DNA of 51,449 bases, the filler included, from Bipalium vagum (lineage: Eukaryota), in the NCBI GenBank assembly GCA_037834085.1. It is 2 parts of 2 records of this genome, joined end to end, with 100 filler letters (N's around TTAATTAATTAA, not from the genome) between each part and the next. Parts side by side here need not be neighbours in the genome. Positions count along the whole stretch, not along the records: positions 1 to 24,704 come from JBBMKC010199053.1; 1 more part is not named here. One strand, 5' to 3'. The first letter of the stretch is position 1. Each line of letters opens with the position of its first letter. Under the pieces are notes generated by a model. The model ran no database searches, was not told where the DNA came from, and saw nothing but the letters and a program-made list of their open reading frames with translations. Below are positions 1-13,800 of the stretch, one piece after another. The translations under genes and the position numbers were made by a program.

Positions 1-68
<68 letters not shown>
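1..68. repeat. (ATT)n microsatellite
   Basis: Perfect ATT repeats from the window start to about position 68. Confidence 0.97.
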
Positions 69-70
<2 letters not shown>

Positions 71-277
71 TAATATCAATATTTAATTATTATTTCTTTT
101 TAATTAAAATTTTATTCGATAATTTATTATTTACTAGTTCAAATTTCATCAATAAATGTATTATTTCATTATATTTTCTTAATTAAAATCAATCATTTTC
201 AAGTGAAGTTAATAAATTTAATTCACAAAATTTATTTTAAAACCACTAAATAAGGATCGAAGCATTCTTTTAATATT

Positions 278-790
278 AGGTTGTACCTCATGAAATATCC
301 GATTTCAATGACCTATTTTTACAAATGTTTCACAACGTTTTATAGAAAATTTACAAAAATCAATGATATCGCATTTTGAAATCGTCATATAAAAATATGG
401 TACATTAATATTTGTATAAATAATTCATAGATTCTTTGAAAATATCAGAAGTGACACGAAAACTAATGGACAAAGAAATTCATAAAATTCACTGTTACGA
501 ATGGAAATTTCTATACTCAGCTGTTGAAAAATTAATTTTGCACTCGGCAAAAGTACGACTGATGAATACACTATTAGTCAGTGATAGTGAGATTTGCGGA
601 AAGTGACGAAAGCCAATCAAAATACAGATCGTGGTAGTCTGAGAAGTGTCATTGAAAATGCCTATATACTGATCGAGGTAGAATAAAATTTAAGTCAAAC
701 CGTTTTGGATCTTGCTTAAAGATTCAATATTCGTCCCAAAATAATTGCAGCTAAATTTGAAAATGGTTGTTAAATTTAAAATGGATTGAA
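278..790 (+). mobile_element. Highly decayed mariner-like remnant
   Basis: TIR-like start TAGGTTGTACCTCATGAAAT and a weak mariner-like N-terminus (MDKEIHKIHCYEW...LGKST) near 466. No catalytic motifs seen. Confidence 0.3.
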
Positions 791-1117
791 CCAATCGAAA
801 ATTTCAAATGAAAACTTTAATAAATTTGTGAATATTTATATAAAAAATTTTTTTTTTAATTATGTTCCTAGAGTATATAACAATTATTTTCAAGTTGACA
901 TTAATTCTGCAACAAAATTTAATATTTGTTTGAATATTTTTAATTTTGAAAATAATTGTATTTTATACACGATGTGTCTAATAGTCAAATAATATTCGAA
1001 AGTTTAATACTGGCATTAATATATAGATAATAAAAAGATAATCATATATAATTAATATTAATATTTATTAATAAAACATATTATCAAAATAATAATAAAT
1101 AATAATTTTCATTTAAG

Positions 1118-1428
1118 TGAAACAAACAGCCACTTTGCAATGCTTAAATCTAAGCATGGGGTGGACATTGATGGAGCCTATTCCTTTCAAAAAAAGGTTC
1201 TTGAAACATTCAACGAAAGTGAAATGGAAATGCTACGGGTTCATATGTATGAAAATTTATTTTCTCTTCGAAAATATCAACAGAATTATCCAGGAATTGA
1301 ATGTTTGAGAAGTTTTCTCATTCTCCTTATATCTCCCTTATTAAATAACGTTCATTGGTATGACTCTATAACGGTACCCGTTTTCCTTGCAATAAACAGC
1401 TTTTCTGCAGTACCACGAAATGTCTTTG
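1118..1428 (+). CDS. HERC4: HERC4-like exon (ETNSHFAMLKSKHGVD...PRNVF)
   Basis: taag acceptor, G|gtaaaa donor; resembles the HERC4 segment GVDMNAAR...EALRFYLTLPECP. Confidence 0.85.
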
Positions 1429-4400
1429 GTAAAATTTATTTACGTAGTATATATAATGAAAAAGGAAACTATTCTGATAGATTTTAATGTTACATGTCAA
1501 AGTTTAATTATATAGTTAAATTATAACTGAAACTATACCGGCGAATTTGTTATATCTTTTAAGTTCATTATTATCCTTTTGAGCAGAAATCTTTCTTCCG
1601 GATGGAAAGTGTTAGAGCGGAAGTGTGAATTATTAAGCGGTAATCACACCTTGATATTAATCGCTTAACAATGTTAGAAGTCTTCGGAAAATAATATTTT
1701 TTTATTATTGTTATCATCAGTAATAATAGAAATAATTTTTTATTATATTTACAATTGTATTAATTCGCTAATAAGATTGTTAAAATTATTTTATGTAATG
1801 ATAATTAATGTTTCAGTAATTAAAATAAAATAACAAATAGTAAAACGTATACAAAAATAAAATGATCACACAAAACAGTAGTTTGATATATAAGTTTTTG
1901 GCACATTATTAATAAATAATAGATAAATGAGAGGATTTGTAAAAAAAACGCGCACGATAATTTCAAAAGATGCATTAAAAATTATTTATTCAAAAAAGTT
2001 GTCATTCATAACCACCCATTTCATCCATCTGTTAATTTATGGAAACTATCCTATAAGAACTTTTTTTTATTGAGACGAATCATTCAGAAACTATTTTTTA
2101 GGACCTCTTCATACGCTTTGAAGTGCTTGTACACGTGTCATTAACATGTTTTTAAGCTTTTTTAGAGATAAATAAAATATCCCGTCTTTTGTCATTTTTA
2201 GAATATTTAGCAATTAAACATTGATTCAGTTGGACTAATTAGGACTCACATTTAACAGCTATATCTAGTTTGAGCAGCTCATGGTAAATCACATCTTTTA
2301 ATCTCATCAACCGCAGAGCGTTGTTTTCTTTCTAAAATAGTCTCATGTTTCAGTTTGTTTTGAAGAAATCATGAGTTAGCGAAATATTTTCTTTGTTTTG
2401 GATTTTTAAAATAAGTTAAACTTTTTTCTTTTTGAAAATATTTACGTGACCAATTTTTCTTATGTATGATTGTAATTTTTGCACTAAAAATTTAAAATAA
2501 ATATAATATTCAAAAAATTATATAATATTATACCTGAAGTTGGGACATTATAAAATTCGAGTATACCAAAAAATGTTCAAATTAACTAATAAAAATAAAC
2601 ATTTATAATAATTTTTTCTAAGTTTTAATTTAAACTTTATTTTAATTAAAAATATTTTTTAAATAGTAAATAAAAAAAGATCACTTATTGAATTATTGGG
2701 TGAATTTATATTTTTTATAAATTTAAAGTTATGAAATGAATAGTCTCTTCAACATATTATATTTTTGAAAATAAATATCCGATTATATTAAACTAATCAT
2801 AATCCAAAATTGTTAGTGTTAATCTCCAGTATTATGTAGAAGAAATGCCATATACAAAAATATATTTCAAAAAACAATAATTTGTCCGTGTTCTGATTAT
2901 GTACACAATAATCATTAATAAATTTAATTATTTCCATTACATCCAGTCTCGAAGAAATCGCTTCATTTTCTGTGCTTTTCTTTCTATTTTCTTTTCATTT
3001 TCTAGAAGGTATCTTCTAACAAGGATTTTTTATAACCTTATACGAACCCTCAAACCGCTCTTGATTCTTATCCAACATCTCTGCTATAACCAATACTTCT
3101 TCACCTTCCTTCAAACGTCGTCTTGTCGCTGCTGTTAGTAACTGTCCTCTCTCCACTTGGAGATATGTTACTCTATAATAATTCTCTCTGAATATCATTT
3201 TTACATGGACCACTTCTTCCGTATTCTTGTTAATCGTCTTTTGTAAAGTGGCATTTATTGCAAACTCTACTTTTGGCAAGATTTCTGTCCAATCAGTCTT
3301 GTGCCTCTCATACAATGTAGCATTAATAAAATCTCTCATTGTGCAAAATTGCCTTTCTATTTGATCATTATTACATTAATGAAAAGGACTTTAATAGCAT
3401 AGTTCAATGTTTAATTTTTTAGTCATTTCTCTCATAAACTTTGAATCAAAACTCTTCCGCAATCCACATGTATTCGATCCGGACATTCAAATCGCAGAAT
3501 CCATTTATTTAGTATCGTTTAAACAATATAATTTCATTCTATTTATTTATTAGTATTAACGATACGTATTTGCTAAATTGATCAATTATGCCAAGAATGT
3601 ATTACTTTTGACATCATGATTTTGAAATTTCCTACCGAAATCAACCAAAATAAGATATATTCATAGGGTACTATATAATAAGATGGGTGAGGGAGGACAT
3701 CCAATTCAAATTCTCGACTTATTTTATTCATATTTAATGAAATAATGTATAATACGTTTATTGATTAATTTTATTTAAACTTTTAATTATTTTTTCTAAA
3801 ACAGATATCAGTCTTTTCTATGAAAATTGTTTATCTAATTTTTAATAATAATCTCAAAAGACACTATTGATAATATGCTAGTTAATAATCCATACACATC
3901 ACAATAGCTCCAAATTATAATTTTCAATATTTTTTTCATAAGTCAAATTTTTACATTAAATATTAAACATTTTCAAAGACAATTTTTAAAAGCCATTTTA
4001 CAACGAAGAGAAGTTTTAATTCTATATATTTATATTACTCATTTTTTCTTGATCGGAGTATGAAATTAAAAAAAGCACAACAAGCAGAACAACAGATGAT
4101 TTACCATGCAGCGCATAGGTTACTCGTCGAATCATGCAGATTAAATTACCCAAAATTTTCATGGTTTTTGGGATGTCTCCCGAGGGTAAAGTTTTGTCTC
4201 CACATTTTATAAAGAGATATATAATTGAATAACTCATTATAGTTAAGGCCAGGATAACAATGGTAGTTAATAACAGACCATACGTATGGCAGAAATATTC
4301 GGTCTCCTGTCACACATAAGAGAAACAATTGATATGGCTATTAGTCAATTTTCACGACTTTATTTATTTTAATAATTGGCCACCGAACTCTCCAGATCTT

Positions 4401-7400
4401 AACCCAATGGACGATCGAGAAAGACACAAATCGTGAGAGTACTAAAAAATTTAGTCGACAGAATTAAAGCATTTTTTGTGACACTAAGAAAAATAAAATC
4501 AGTATGCCCCAGGTTCGATACTTGGATGAGGCTGTAATAGATTCCAATGTTTGATATTTTGAATAAAACTTATGACAAGTGTAATTTACTTGTGTATTAT
4601 TTTATTTCCTTGAAATATATAAATTTTGTAGTTACCAAGTAATTTTTATTTTTCTTGATAAAACTGTCAAATGTAACCGGAACACACTGTATAATAAATT
4701 TTCGTTATGGTTTCTGGTCAGCTTCAAAATAACTAAGAACAATATTATGTCAGGATATAACCGGATCATTACAGAAAATATAAATGTTATAACTATCTAT
4801 AATGGAATTTTTAAAGATATTTATAGGTTAAATATTAAAATATTTTCATTGTCAATATTTTGGTAATCTTGTGACCAGTTTTAACATTAAAATAAAGAAA
4901 TTGGTTATTTTTGAAATAAAAGTAATAATTTTTTATTAAATTTAAAAATACTACAATACAATTATAATTTATAATACATTAAATTAACTTATTTTTTAAA
5001 AATAAATTATAATAATTTTTTTAATTTTTAAATTTAGACTCATGGTTAACAATTTTGAAACCAAGGTTTTTTAAAAAAGTAGTCCAGGTAAATAATTTTT
5101 AAAATTATTAAATAAAATTTGGATATTTTTACAACAATTAAACAAATAGTAATTAAACGTAAATGTAATTAAGTGTAAAAAATATAATTAAAAAATTGTT
5201 TATAGTTTTTCCATCTTTTAAGTTTACTTAATTAAAAACTAAAAAATTCTGAATAATAATAATAAATGAAAATTATTTTCTTTCATAATTTTAATGATAA
5301 AAATATCCTTTTCAATTAATATATTATAATTAAATAATTAATAATTTTAAAAATAGTAATTATTTTAAAATTAAAAATATTTTAATTAATTCATCTTATA
5401 AATTATGTACACACATATTCCTGGTTTATTTATTTCCTTAGACAATCACAGATCTCGTCAAATATCACATTTCATTACTGGATAACAAGCACCAAAATAA
5501 ATTTGTAAGTTTTCATTTTTATAATTGTCATTAACTTAATTAATTTTTCATTGGCTTAAAGAACAAATAATTATTTTCTAGAAATTAATTACTAAATATC
5601 TATATAAATAGTGTAGGTCCAGGTTAAGATTATTTAATTTTATTGAGATGGAAAATAAATTCTTGCACTTTTAAATAGTGTAATTTCTGGAGAATTTAAT
5701 AATATTATTAGGTTGGCCAAATGTAAAAGTCGTTTTTATCAAAAACAAAATTAATTTCAGAAACAATTTCAATCCAAAGGATATTCATTATTTACAATGA
5801 CCTTTACTATCTTTGATGAAAAGAATGGATGCCACTCTTATAAAAGTCTTCCGGCTGTGATTCAAAAAAATATGACATTTATTATAATATAAACTGATTT
5901 TGAATTCAAAACTTCTTGAATAATTATAAATAACCTTAATAAATTGACTACCAAGTTTGTGTCGTGGCCTAAATGTTATGTAATTTGAAGTTGAAACTGT
6001 GCATTTACTAAATGGCGTCATTTAACTATTATTCTTTGGAAACCAAAATAAACTTTTTGTTTGGTCAAGTGTCGTTGTGCTGAAACAATATTATATGAAA
6101 TTAATTTCTTACTCAGGTTCCTTTCAAATCCCAGAAAACAGATATTATCAAATTTCTTAAAGAAAATTACTATAATATGATCTAATTTTCATTTCCGTTG
6201 ATCATAATTTTAAGAAATGGTCCAAATTCATTTCTTTTCAATAAATTTTCAGAAATGGAAATTCTTCTCATTATTTTCTTTTTAGGTAAATTGAGACACA
6301 AAAATATCAAGATTTTTCCTGTAATCAAACTTTTCCAGATGATTTAAAACAGTTGTTTGACAAATTTATAAATCCTTAGCAATGTGCAACTGCTTAAGTG
6401 ATGGTCTTGCTTGATTATTGTATTTGTTTGATTGGTCTTTTAGTTCAGTTGCTTTGGCAACATTGTGCTAACAATTCCTCACCGTTCTTTCTGAGATGGT
6501 ATCATATTTATAAGCGCACACATTTTCGGCATGACTGACATCTTTCTTTCAGGAAATAAAATTTCATAACGCATCGGATTTATCCTTTACTTTGATATTT
6601 TGCGACATTTTTAATTCGGATAAACAAATGTTATTAATATAATTTTTTCTAATTATTTATTCAATACTTAATTATTTATTAAGTATTGAATTTTACTAAT
6701 CGATTTATTAAAATTGAGTTTCAAACAATAAATACTGCCCGTAATTCAAATTAAAACAGTCTATAATGAAAAGAGTTAGGGTTATTTAGGTCACTTAATA
6801 TTTATAGCTCGTTCATTTTGAATCAAAATATTTATGTCAGACGATTTTATATTGGAAACATGTCTTAATTTATTTAATTATGATATTTTAAATTGATTTT
6901 ATTTACTATTTTAATTGAGATTTATAGTCAGAAAGAGCTCAAACTCATTTGGCAGCTTCTTTGGATCTACTGAAAATTTTATATGTGGTACATTATATTA
7001 TTTTACATACATTTTAAATTAAAAGAATTTTTTGTTATATTGAAATAATTAAATCAAATTATTTTATAAATTTTACAATTCAAACAAACAAAATAAGATT
7101 TGAAAAGCAATACATTATATAACAATAAAGATATTAAAAATTTAGAGATTGGTAAAATAATAATAATAATAATTTTAATTATATTAAAATAGATTTATAA
7201 CAATTAACACATGTTAACACACCAAAGTTAAATGTTCAGTTTTATGTGATCAAGAATCTAAGATATCAATTTTATGAAAAGGTCCAGGAAATTAAGTTAA
7301 CACTTCTATTTATGCTATTATGAAATTTTTTGAGGCCTTTTGTGTTTGGGCTTTCGTTTTTAAGAAAGTCATTTATATTTGGTGTTCCATAAGCGTTTAA

Positions 7401-8907
7401 ATAGTAAATTCCTATAAAATTTTAATTTCAAACTGAAGTACACAGATTTCCATTAATTATGTAACTCAACGTCACTGATATATTCTCTAAGAGAACGTTT
7501 GCTCATGGCAATTCATCGAATCCGATTTTCCAGTTCTCTTTTACAAAAATAAGATGGAATTCCAGCAATCGGGTGTTCTATATTGGTTTTGAACTTCCAA
7601 AGTGTCTGGGTTGTTACTGTAGACCAATGATTTGACATATCCGAAAAGAAAAAAGTCAAAGGGTGTGAAATTGCACAAATGAGATGTATTTCTTGAAATA
7701 AGACACTCAGCAACATTTAATTTTAATAATTTGATTGTTTGGCCAACTTTGTAGCAAGTAGCGCGACATTGTTGAAACCACATGTCACCCAACTGTAGAT
7801 CTTCTAATTGCAGGAGAAACCCAATTCCTGAGAACGGTGCTGAATCGATTCATTTGAATTTGTCTTAATGAACATTCTAACAGCTGCAATATATTTTATA
7901 CAGCGCAAATTTCTTTGACTTATTGGAGTTATAACATTCATAAGCGAATATGTTGACTCAAACTTTTGCACAAGATTTTCCACTGTTCTATTACCCGAAT
8001 GATTATAACGGCCAAAAATCTGTATTAACACGCTTTAAACTTTCACATTTTAACAGGTACTTTGGTAATAAATTTGAATTATTTGCAATCTTTGTTCATT
8101 TGGAAATAAATGCATTATTAAAATGGTGCACATTAATAAATTTTAAAAAATTTAGAACAAATGAAATTAAATATAAAGTTTATATTTATAATAAAAATGC
8201 GTCGTCCTTCATGAAACGCCCTCTAAAAATATTTACATTCAGTTAATATCTTTATTTTATCAGACCTTGAGTAGCCTCAATGATAAGACATTTTACATCT
8301 ACCACGTTACTATTATTTTTAAGAAGAATTAAAACAAAAAATAATATAAATATTCATAATTTCTGTTATCTTTTATCATTCATGAAGTAAATGTGGTAAA
8401 AGAAAATACATTGTTTTCTATTGTGATGGTCTTAATAGACATTCTTGGGTGGTGAGAAAATACGTTGGCTTTGTCATTTTTGTCATAAACCAGCTGATGT
8501 ATAATTTATTGTTAATAATAGAGATTATTATTAATAAAATTAATGTATTTAAAACTTTAAGTTTCGGGATTTTTATGAAAAAGAAATTAATATGAATTTG
8601 ATTGTTATCTTGGGAAACCATAAAAATTATCAATAATAACTTTAAATATTTTAACACAAACAGTTAAAATTATATTTGTAAAATAGTAATTAATTCTCGA
8701 AATTGAAAATTTATCGTAAAGTATTCATAAATACAAAAAAATTCCATTATAATTAATTTTAATTTACAAAATATTTCTTTTATTACTCAATTAATAATTT
8801 ATTATTTTTTAATTTTATTATTAAGATCAATAACATTATGAGAACTTAATATTTTTTAACAAAAATTTAATTATTTTCTTGCATTTAATCATTAAATAAT
8901 AATAATG

Positions 8908-8968
<61 letters not shown>

Positions 8969-10830
8969 ACATATTGCCTTTAAAATGTGTTTTCTTCAAC
9001 TATTCAAATTTTATATTTAATAAAGCTATGAAATAATTTTTAAATTTTTTAATATTAATATTTTACTTTTAAAATATCATTTTCCATAAATTTAAAATAG
9101 AAAATTGCAAATGAATTAAATTACAAAAAAACAATGAATGTTATTGGATTAAATTTACAAAACTAAAATTAGAAAATAAATGAAATATTTTTAAACTTTC
9201 GATAAATTTTAATAAGTAAAATATATAAATGAATAACATTATTTTTTATAAATATAGGAGAGATAATAAATATTAAAAACATGTAATATATAGAGTATTA
9301 AAAAATTAAATATTTTATAATTAATTCTTAAATTTTTGAAATAAAGAAAATTAAAATTGTTTTTCATAATTTTCAAAAATATTAAAATAAAAGCATTTTA
9401 AAATATAAAAAAATATTTTGTAATAACTTTAAAAATATTGAAATCTAAAAGATAAAATTTAAATAAATTCTCTTTTAGTTCAACTTATATATGTAAAATA
9501 TATAAGAATAAATAAAAGATACACATGGTTTACAGTGTAAGTCAACAGATTTTTAACTTAAATTAACGATTGTTGTAACTGTTCATTTTTAAAGAAAATT
9601 AACGAAATTTTACAAGTACAAATATAAATAAGAAACAACTTGAGACCAGTACTCGTGAAACAATAATAAGAAAATATCAAAGTAGAAAGTGACCACTCAT
9701 AATTTGTCTCGAAATGGATATACATGAAAATACGGCTTCAGTTACAATCTTTAATTTAAGTTAAAAATTCTTTAATTTACACTGTAAATGCCGAATAAAA
9801 TAGAAAATAAAGGAAATTATTCTTAATAAACTATCTAATTTTAAATATTAAACACTAAAATTATTTTCAATATATTATATACAAAAATAAAATGAATAAA
9901 ACATGAAAATACAAAAATATTAAAGAAAATAATAGAAAATGCTTATTAAATTGGCCAATTTTCAATATATACATTTCACAGATTTCTGGCAGTGAAAACT
10001 TTATTAAATATTATTATGAAAGTTAACAGAATTATAAAATTACTGAAAATTAATTAGAATTCACAAAACCAACGCATAATAATTTCAAATGAATGGTTGG
10101 AATTTATTCAGATTTTTCCAATAGCTAAACATTAAAGTAATTCCATTATTCAGATTTTTATTTATTTGTTTATATAGGCGTTATTAAAAAAAATCTTAAA
10201 TAATTAAAGCTATAATTAATTATTCATTATTATTTCAAATTTTAATTATGTGACCGGTAACAATCGGATGATCAGATATTCAGATAATAATTATTTGATC
10301 AGATAAAAATTATATTTCTATCATTTATTTCTGACATGGGGCTGCATCATCGACATGGTAACTGGATAAGACTGATCCGATTATCATTTAATTATTAATA
10401 ATTTCTTTTCATTTTAATTTTTCTTATTAAAAATCTTAAAATATATGTTTCTGAATTATGTAATAATTATTATTAATTTTTGGATAATGGATATTTTATC
10501 TGGAATATATATTTTTTTAATATTAACAGAAAAATTTTCAATAATAATAATAAAATGGTATTAATAAATATTGTTAAAAATAATAAAATAAAAATTATTT
10601 TAAAATTAATAATAATAGTAGAATTAATATTAGCTATAATAATAAAATAATAATACTGTAATACTAATAAAAATAAAAATAATTTTAATAATAATAGTAA
10701 TAATAAAAATAATAAAAAATAATAATTATAATATAAGAAAAATTATGTTAAAAATTATAGAAATAAGAAAATTAATTATAATATTAATAATAATAAAAAT
10801 AAAATAATAGTAATAAAATTAATAAAAAAG

Positions 10831-10863
<33 letters not shown>

Positions 10864-13800
10864 TTAATAATAAAAAAAAAGAATAATTAAAATAATGATA
10901 ATACTAATACCAATAATAACAATCAACTTTATAATTAAGCGTGGTCAGTCGTTTTGGTTAATCTGAACTCATTTAATTAATAAAAGTTAAAAGTCTACAG
11001 TTCAGTAAGTATCAGAACTGCACAGAGACAGCGACATTTATTAAAGTCATTACGAAGGATCGAGATTAGTCTTAAAGCTTAATTATCTCTCACTATAACG
11101 CCCTGGGTCTATCTCTGCGATGAGGGGAAAACGTAATTTGCTCCACTGTATACTATTAAGAGGATTAGAGAGCATTCTCAATAGTATTGATACACCTGTC
11201 TCATCTGAAAGCTCGAGTTTATAAATAATCATTTTTGAGATTGAGATATTTTACAAGTGTAATAATAATAATAATAAATGTGAGTATTTAAACTGATTTC
11301 TAATTTTTAAATTTTTATATTGTGCCTAATATAAATTTTTAATTAATTGTAAATTTAATTTTAATATTTATTTAATTAAATTTTGTATATTTATAAATAA
11401 TTTTTTTAATGGCAATAATTTTTTTAATAATAATTATTATCTATGATAAAAGTATTTCTTTCTTTTTATTAATATTTATAAGAAGTCATTGGAACAAGTT
11501 CATTCTTCTTATTATTAAAATGAAAGGGTTTGGTGGAACGATAGTGCCAGGCATCTGGACCACACAATAATGAACCACCAAAACCCTTTACTGAAGCAAT
11601 ACAGTTGTTTCACTGATATCATCTTTGCAATATTATTTTCAGATCAACGAAAAACACAAGATCATATCATACAATCTTTTCTACATTTCATCAGTCAACG
11701 ACAAAATCGATATAGAAAAAAACTTTCTCGACTGGGCCTCATCCAACTCTCAGTACAGTTCGGTATGTTTTTAACGTCGTTAATGATTTCTTTGAGAAAT
11801 TATTGATTTATTATTATCAGTTTAAAATTGAAATTTCAGTCTGAGATAAAAATGATATCACTCTCTCCTTATGGAAAGGAGATTGTTATAAATTAAGACA
11901 GTCGCCAAAGTACATTTCGATATTATATTTAATTAAATAAATTTTAATTTCATAAATTAATAAATAATTTAAGATTATTTAGGAAAATAATAATAATAAT
12001 AACAAAATGAAAAAACATATATACGGTTTTATATAAGTAACCAAAATTTTTATTCAAATCATATACTAAAAGTTTCATTTGTTTAAAATAATCTTTTATT
12101 TAAAATTACATCGTACATGTACATCATTCATCTTTGAAAATCATTAAAATTAATTTTTTCCGGATAACAGATTTGAATTCTATTTGCATTTAAATAAAAG
12201 ATATTTATAAATCACTTAAGTAAATATTTACATTGATTGATACCAAAAAACTATGAAGAGGATAACGAATCGTGGGTGGGAGATTGTGTGCAACCCTCCA
12301 TATTCCTTTGATCTATCGGTAAAAATTTTCACTTTTTACTTAATTTTGATAATCATTTAGGGAGAATTAAAGTTCGCAAATGAAATAGATCTATAGAGGG
12401 GTCCATGAAAATTTCGTTTTTAGAAAACAAAATATTTAGCTACATATTATTACAGTACATAAATATATCATTATTATGCACTTTTGTGACGCTAAATACT
12501 TTTTTTTTAAAAAAACGAAATTGTTTATGGACCCCTCCAATCTCTTCCTCAATAAGAAAAAAGATTTTTATGAAAGTGGAAGTATCAAGTTACAGAACTA
12601 TTGGGATATAAAGTCTTACATTTTGATGGATCATATTTTAATGAATAAATATATCTAAACTTGAAAATGTTGACTTTTTTTTTAAAAACTCGGTCAGAAC
12701 TTATTTGAAATCATAATATTATAAGAAAGAGGAAATGGTTGATTTCACGTCTTTACACAGATTTTAGAAAAAAAGATTATAGAAATATGTTAAATATTAA
12801 AAAGTTGATTGGTTAAAAGTAATTGATTAAAACAATTTCTTTTAAATATAATAAAAAATAAAATATCGGTTGAAACACAAATTTTGACAGATTTTAATTA
12901 AATATTTCTAAATTTTTTAGATGATTTTTTTATTTAAGCTTATTTAGTTTGTTAACATTTTTATTTTATTAATGTTTTGTTTTATTGTAAATATCTAAAT
13001 CTGAAGAATTGATGAAAATTCTCAATGATTTTGTTGAAAGATTAAATGAAAAAGAAATCTGAACCGTCTGAGATGAAACTGGTCTTAACGATTTAAACAT
13101 AAATTAAGATGACCTTTTCCTTCTGTTCGTATCCCTTCGTATTTGACGCAAAAGCCAAATCAAAATTGCTTCAAGTTGAAGCCGGATTGTTTATGCGAAA
13201 TGCCGTTTTGGAAACCCATACCAATCTTATCATGTCTATTCTCAGTGCCCAAGAGACAGGGGTTCTGAATTTTGAAACACCATTTTTCGAGATAGGTGTT
13301 AACCGGGAGACTGTTTTCCAAGATACAATGAAGGCTTTGGAAAGAGCCTCTCAGAAAGAATTTAAGAAACCCTTGAAGGTAAGCAATGTAAGCAATTCTC
13401 GAATTTTAAATTGTCTTGTGAACGGTCAAGATTTCGTTTTCCAATGAAGAAGCTGTAGATGATGGAGGGGTGGTGAAAGTAAGAGCTTATCATTTGTAAT
13501 TTATCTAAACCAAAGCAAAACCAGAAACCTTTTATTGAAAAATTAATTTATCCAGAATATTTACTTCATTATAAAATAAATAATTGATAAAAAATAATAT
13601 TTTTAACTTAATATAATTAGAAATCTGTCAAACATTTAATTTGTTGTCGATAGTCAAATTAAATATTTTGTTTGAAATATGACAACAGAAATTTAATTTG
13701 TAATTAAAGTTATTTTTGTGAATAAACAAAATAAAATTAAATAACTGAAATTAGTTAATTAAATATATTAATAATAATTTATTTTCATTTTTAAAATATA

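Noticed and set aside
11570-11806. 78-aa ORF
   Set aside because: It overlaps the HERC exon 11643-11762 in a different frame, and the exon frame carries the homology.
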